Shown: positions 60,350 to 64,000 of the stretch, piece by piece
Layout of the letters: each line of letters starts with the position of its first letter
How positions within the stretch are numbered: position 1 is the first letter of the stretch
Source: Chrysomallon squamiferum
Lineage: Eukaryota; Animalia; Mollusca
Direction of reading: 5' to 3'
NCBI GenBank assembly: GCA_012295275.1
Contig: CM022667.1
Span: 13,454,001-13,518,000, forward strand
DNA length: 64,000 bases
Notes under the pieces: generated by a model
Told to the model about the DNA's origin: nothing
What the model saw: the letters and a program-made list of their open reading frames with translations, nothing else
Databases searched by the model: none
Translations under genes and position numbers: made by a program

Positions 60350-60762
60350 CATTCTTATCATTATTATTATTAGTATCATGATGATAATGATGATCATATG
60401 GGCGGCTGACGTTGTTGTTGTGGTTGTTGTTATATTGTTATTCATGGACAAGGTTTCGAAACCCATATTACAATAACAGGGCTACTGATGATGTAAAGAA
60501 ATATAACATGTACAATGTAGTGAACTGTTAAACAAATAGAACACGTGTAACATACTGAGGTGTTGAAGAAATGGAATATTAATAATGTTTAATATATTAA
60601 CTGGACGAACAGATACATTATATTGATACTTTAAATGGTGTATTATGACAGAACAGAAATACAGTTAAGAATAACTAAACACTTTATTGACACGTTTCTG
60701 TCAAGTATATGTGGGTGAATGGTGGACAATATACAAGAGGAAAATTTGACTATACAAAACAG

Positions 60763-61210
60763 TTTCTGAAGCACGTGACACCTGCAGTCAGATAGGTTCA
60801 AAACTGATTGTACTGGACACAGAAGAGAAAAAACAGCTGTTGATGACTACATCAAAACAAACATAGGCAGGAACTTATACATATAAGCAACTACTACTTC
60901 ATCTACTGTACAGCAATACCCCTCCAATCACTACCACTAGTAAACTACTGCTACTACTACTGCTACACACTGCTATTTGTCATACTTTTTTTTAGATACT
61001 ATGAGTTTTTATACAAATCTAACAGTAAGAAAAGGTGGAAAACAATTTTGTTTGGGAGAATGGACAAAACGTCCATTTTGAAAAATGGGACAACAATGAA
61101 TCCGATAACTACCTGGAAGATTGCGCGATATTAATTCCAACAGGCAAAATGTGGTGTGACATTAACTGTATACATTCAGTAAATATAGATTTGTGAAAAA
61201 CCGTTGTTAA
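60763..61210 (+). pseudogene. D2: duplicate of the D1 C-type lectin relic
   Basis: Partial exon 3 with a frameshift and GC donor; exon 4 ...ESDNYLEDCAILIPTGKMWCDINCIHSVN.. ending in a shifted CEKP. Confidence 0.82.
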
Positions 61211-61713
61211 AGTCACATGATATTTGTTGAATAAACAAACAAAAAATTAAATTTATTTATTTATTTATATATTTGTTTGTTTTATTTATACGTCCAAGCG
61301 ATTAAAAAAAAAAATGTAATTATCATTATCACCAACCTGTCATTCATTCATTTCTTGATTCTTTCATTCTTTTTATTTTTTTATGAAAAACAAAAATTAA
61401 CAAAATAAAATAAAAACTGTATTTAATTCACTCAGCATTGTTGAGTACACCACAACAAACTGAAACTGTTCAGAATTCAGTACTAAGACTGCAAGCAAAC
61501 TGTACAGAAATAAGCGAATGTGACAAATACAAACAGAAACTGAACAATAAAAATACAACTAAAGAAGAATTGTTTTTTAGTTTATTTATTTAACTGACCT
61601 GGATTACAATTATCATATAAGTCGAGGAAAATCTGCTTGAAGATATGATTTTTTATCATTTTATTTATTTTTTTGTTGTTGTTGTTCTTGGTTGTCAGGT
61701 TCTTACGATTAAT

Positions 61714-62640
61714 TTAGAGTTTTTCACATATATATTTTAAAAGTCTTTCACATACAACATCTGCCCATTTGCTATAACCAGAATAAAATACAGTGCAGTC
61801 TTCATAATCGAGATTATTAGGTTCATTTGCATTCCAGTTTGTATAAATGGCTTTTTCGCCATTCTCCCACACATACGTTTTCTCCTCAACTTCATCAGTT
61901 AATCCGATGTAAAACCTTTCGAGATTTGACCCTGTAAAACAAATGAATGTAAATGTAGTAATAGTAATAGCAGTAGTAGCGGTGGTATAGGAGTACCAAT
62001 AGCGATGAAGCAGCAATAGCAGAGACAGATGCAGGAAAACAAGTAGAAGTGGAAGCAGTGTTAATAGTAATAGTAGCAGAGCTAGTAAGTAGTATTGTTG
62101 TACTGGGAGTAGGTACTAAAAAGCATTCATTGCAGAGCTTTCCAAAGTGAATAACTGCCAGGGAAAGTATAGTTTTTGTTCATGAAATTTGAGGCAGAAT
62201 GAAATTGTGTTTGCTTGAAATTTATGTTTGGTAACAGACAAAATCTGTTGATGTAGGTTTATCGGGTCATACTGCTATCTGATATCGTTAGAGTATGTGG
62301 TCCAAAGTCATAAGTGCATAGCATGGGGACAGTAATGCGAGGTGAATTTGTATATATTTAAATAGACAGGATTGGAAGTGAGGCATTTTGGTGAGATACC
62401 AATAGTGATTATAAAGATATATAACTGCAGTAATACCTGTGGTAGTAGTTTTCGTATTTATAGCAGTAACAATTGTAGCAGTAAAGGTAGTAGTAGTAAT
62501 ACTAATTGTAGTAGAACCAACAGAAGTGACAAAAAAAGTAGTAGTAGTAGCAGTAGCAGTGGCAGTTATTGTTGTCGTAGTAGTTGTAGTAGTAATAGTA
62601 ATACTAACGATCAAATGAAACAAACACATAAATAAATGAA

Positions 62641-62671
<31 letters not shown>

Positions 62672-63802
62672 AAAGAGAAATAAGAAAACAGTAGACACAC
62701 CTATGTTTGAAAGGTAGCGCGACAGAATTTTGTTTTTTTCTTCCGTGTCTAACACGATCAGTCTTGATCCCAGCTGGCCGCAAGCAACACGTGCCTCAGC
62801 AAATGTTTCAGGATCTTCAGACAACTTGAAGCACAGTGTTCCCAAAAACACGAAACCCTCATCAGTCGGACAGAAATCTATGAAACGAGAACAACTATAT
62901 AACAGTCACTACAATACTAATTTTATATACACAATTATGCACACATCGTTACCGCCGTTATCCCAATAAAATTTTAAAAAATCAAAAAAAAATCAGACGA
63001 TTACAGTATAATGTAAAATACATACTGTTACGATAGAAAAATAAAATTCATTTCACTACCATACAAAGATAAAATTTTAGCTGTTGCCATAAAAAGATGA
63101 ACTTGAACATAATGTTATTCAAAGATCAAATTCAAACAGCTAGTATATAGAGGAAACGATTCAAATGAGACTGTCGCCAACCATAATACAAAATTCAGAA
63201 TGTTACCACTGAAAAGTCATATTATTATTATTATTATTATAATACAAAGGTTAAATTTAGCCTGCTACCTGAAGGAATGTAATAGTGCTTCCAGTTTGCC
63301 GTGTCAGACGTACTGACGTAAGTACCAACCCTCACAGAATAATGGCGACATTTTCCGTTGTCGTAGGCAAACGAAAGGCATTCAGGATTCTTGGTGCAGT
63401 CAGAGCCACAGTGCATCATGGTCTTGACGTCAGTGGCTTCGTATATTTCAGCGTTAGGTGCAGTGACGTAATCATATTTTTCTTTCTCAATCCAAATCCA
63501 TCTGGTGCCAATGCAGCTTCATTGACAGTAAAATAGAACTATTTTCATTACTTGTATTAAATAGTGACATTTAGTAAGATATAATTCAGTTGATGACGTT
63601 AATCTATTTATCATTCTATCAGTTCATCTACTCATTTACAGTATATGTCTATTTGTCTATCTAACTTATGCATACATCCACACTGTTATTCAGTTTCAGT
63701 ATAAAATAAAAAGAGTACGTATATTTATACATACCTGTCTGCCATTTTAGAACACACGAAAACAGCTGACAACAACAGAAACTGGATGAAAGTGTTTTGC
63801 AT
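61714..63802 (-). CDS. C3: secreted PAN/Apple + C-type lectin (EPN/WAD)
   Basis: Exons 63735-63802 (MQNTFIQFLLLSAVFVCSKMAD), 63269-63516, 62701-62877, 61714-61931; GT-AG introns, open frame. Confidence 0.92.
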
Positions 63803-64000
63803 TTTGTATGAATAAATTTTAGTGAAGAAAACGACGAAGTGAACAGGTCGTAATAAATATCAATGTTTGAGCTTATCGTAAGTCAAAATCCCCAATCATC
63901 GATTTGCAGCTTTAACATTAAAGGTTGCTACGGTGTATTTAATTTTTAATGCACAACTGAAGGCTTAACATGTTTTACATCTATTTTGTTTTAATCAACA

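Overview
AT-rich, microsatellite-dense eukaryotic genomic DNA (invertebrate; a mollusc is plausible but this is inference). Almost the whole window is one tandem array of small 4-exon genes that encode secreted proteins with a signal peptide, a PAN/Apple-like domain and a long-form C-type lectin domain (CTLD). Exon sizes are 62 or 68 / 248 / 186 or 177 / 218 or 221 nt, with intron phases 2,1,1. I find 9 apparently intact genes in three subfamilies (A2, A4, A6, A7, A8; B1, B2; C1, C3; labels are mine), 4 damaged genes (A1, A3, A5, C2), relics of a fourth subfamily (D), and two back-to-back orphan copies of the ligand-binding exon. The scaffold exons are homogeneous, while the Ca2+/sugar-binding segment of exon 4 varies (EPN, EPH, QPN, EPS, EPQ, ESD; WHD, WAD, WGD, WCD), and paralogs are patchworks of each other. 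This is consistent with a rapidly diversifying recognition locus. The array was built by direct and inverted segmental duplications, and carries relics of Tc1/mariner, piggyBac and DIRS-order elements. Gene models were read by eye from splice sites and paralog comparison; no database searches were run.
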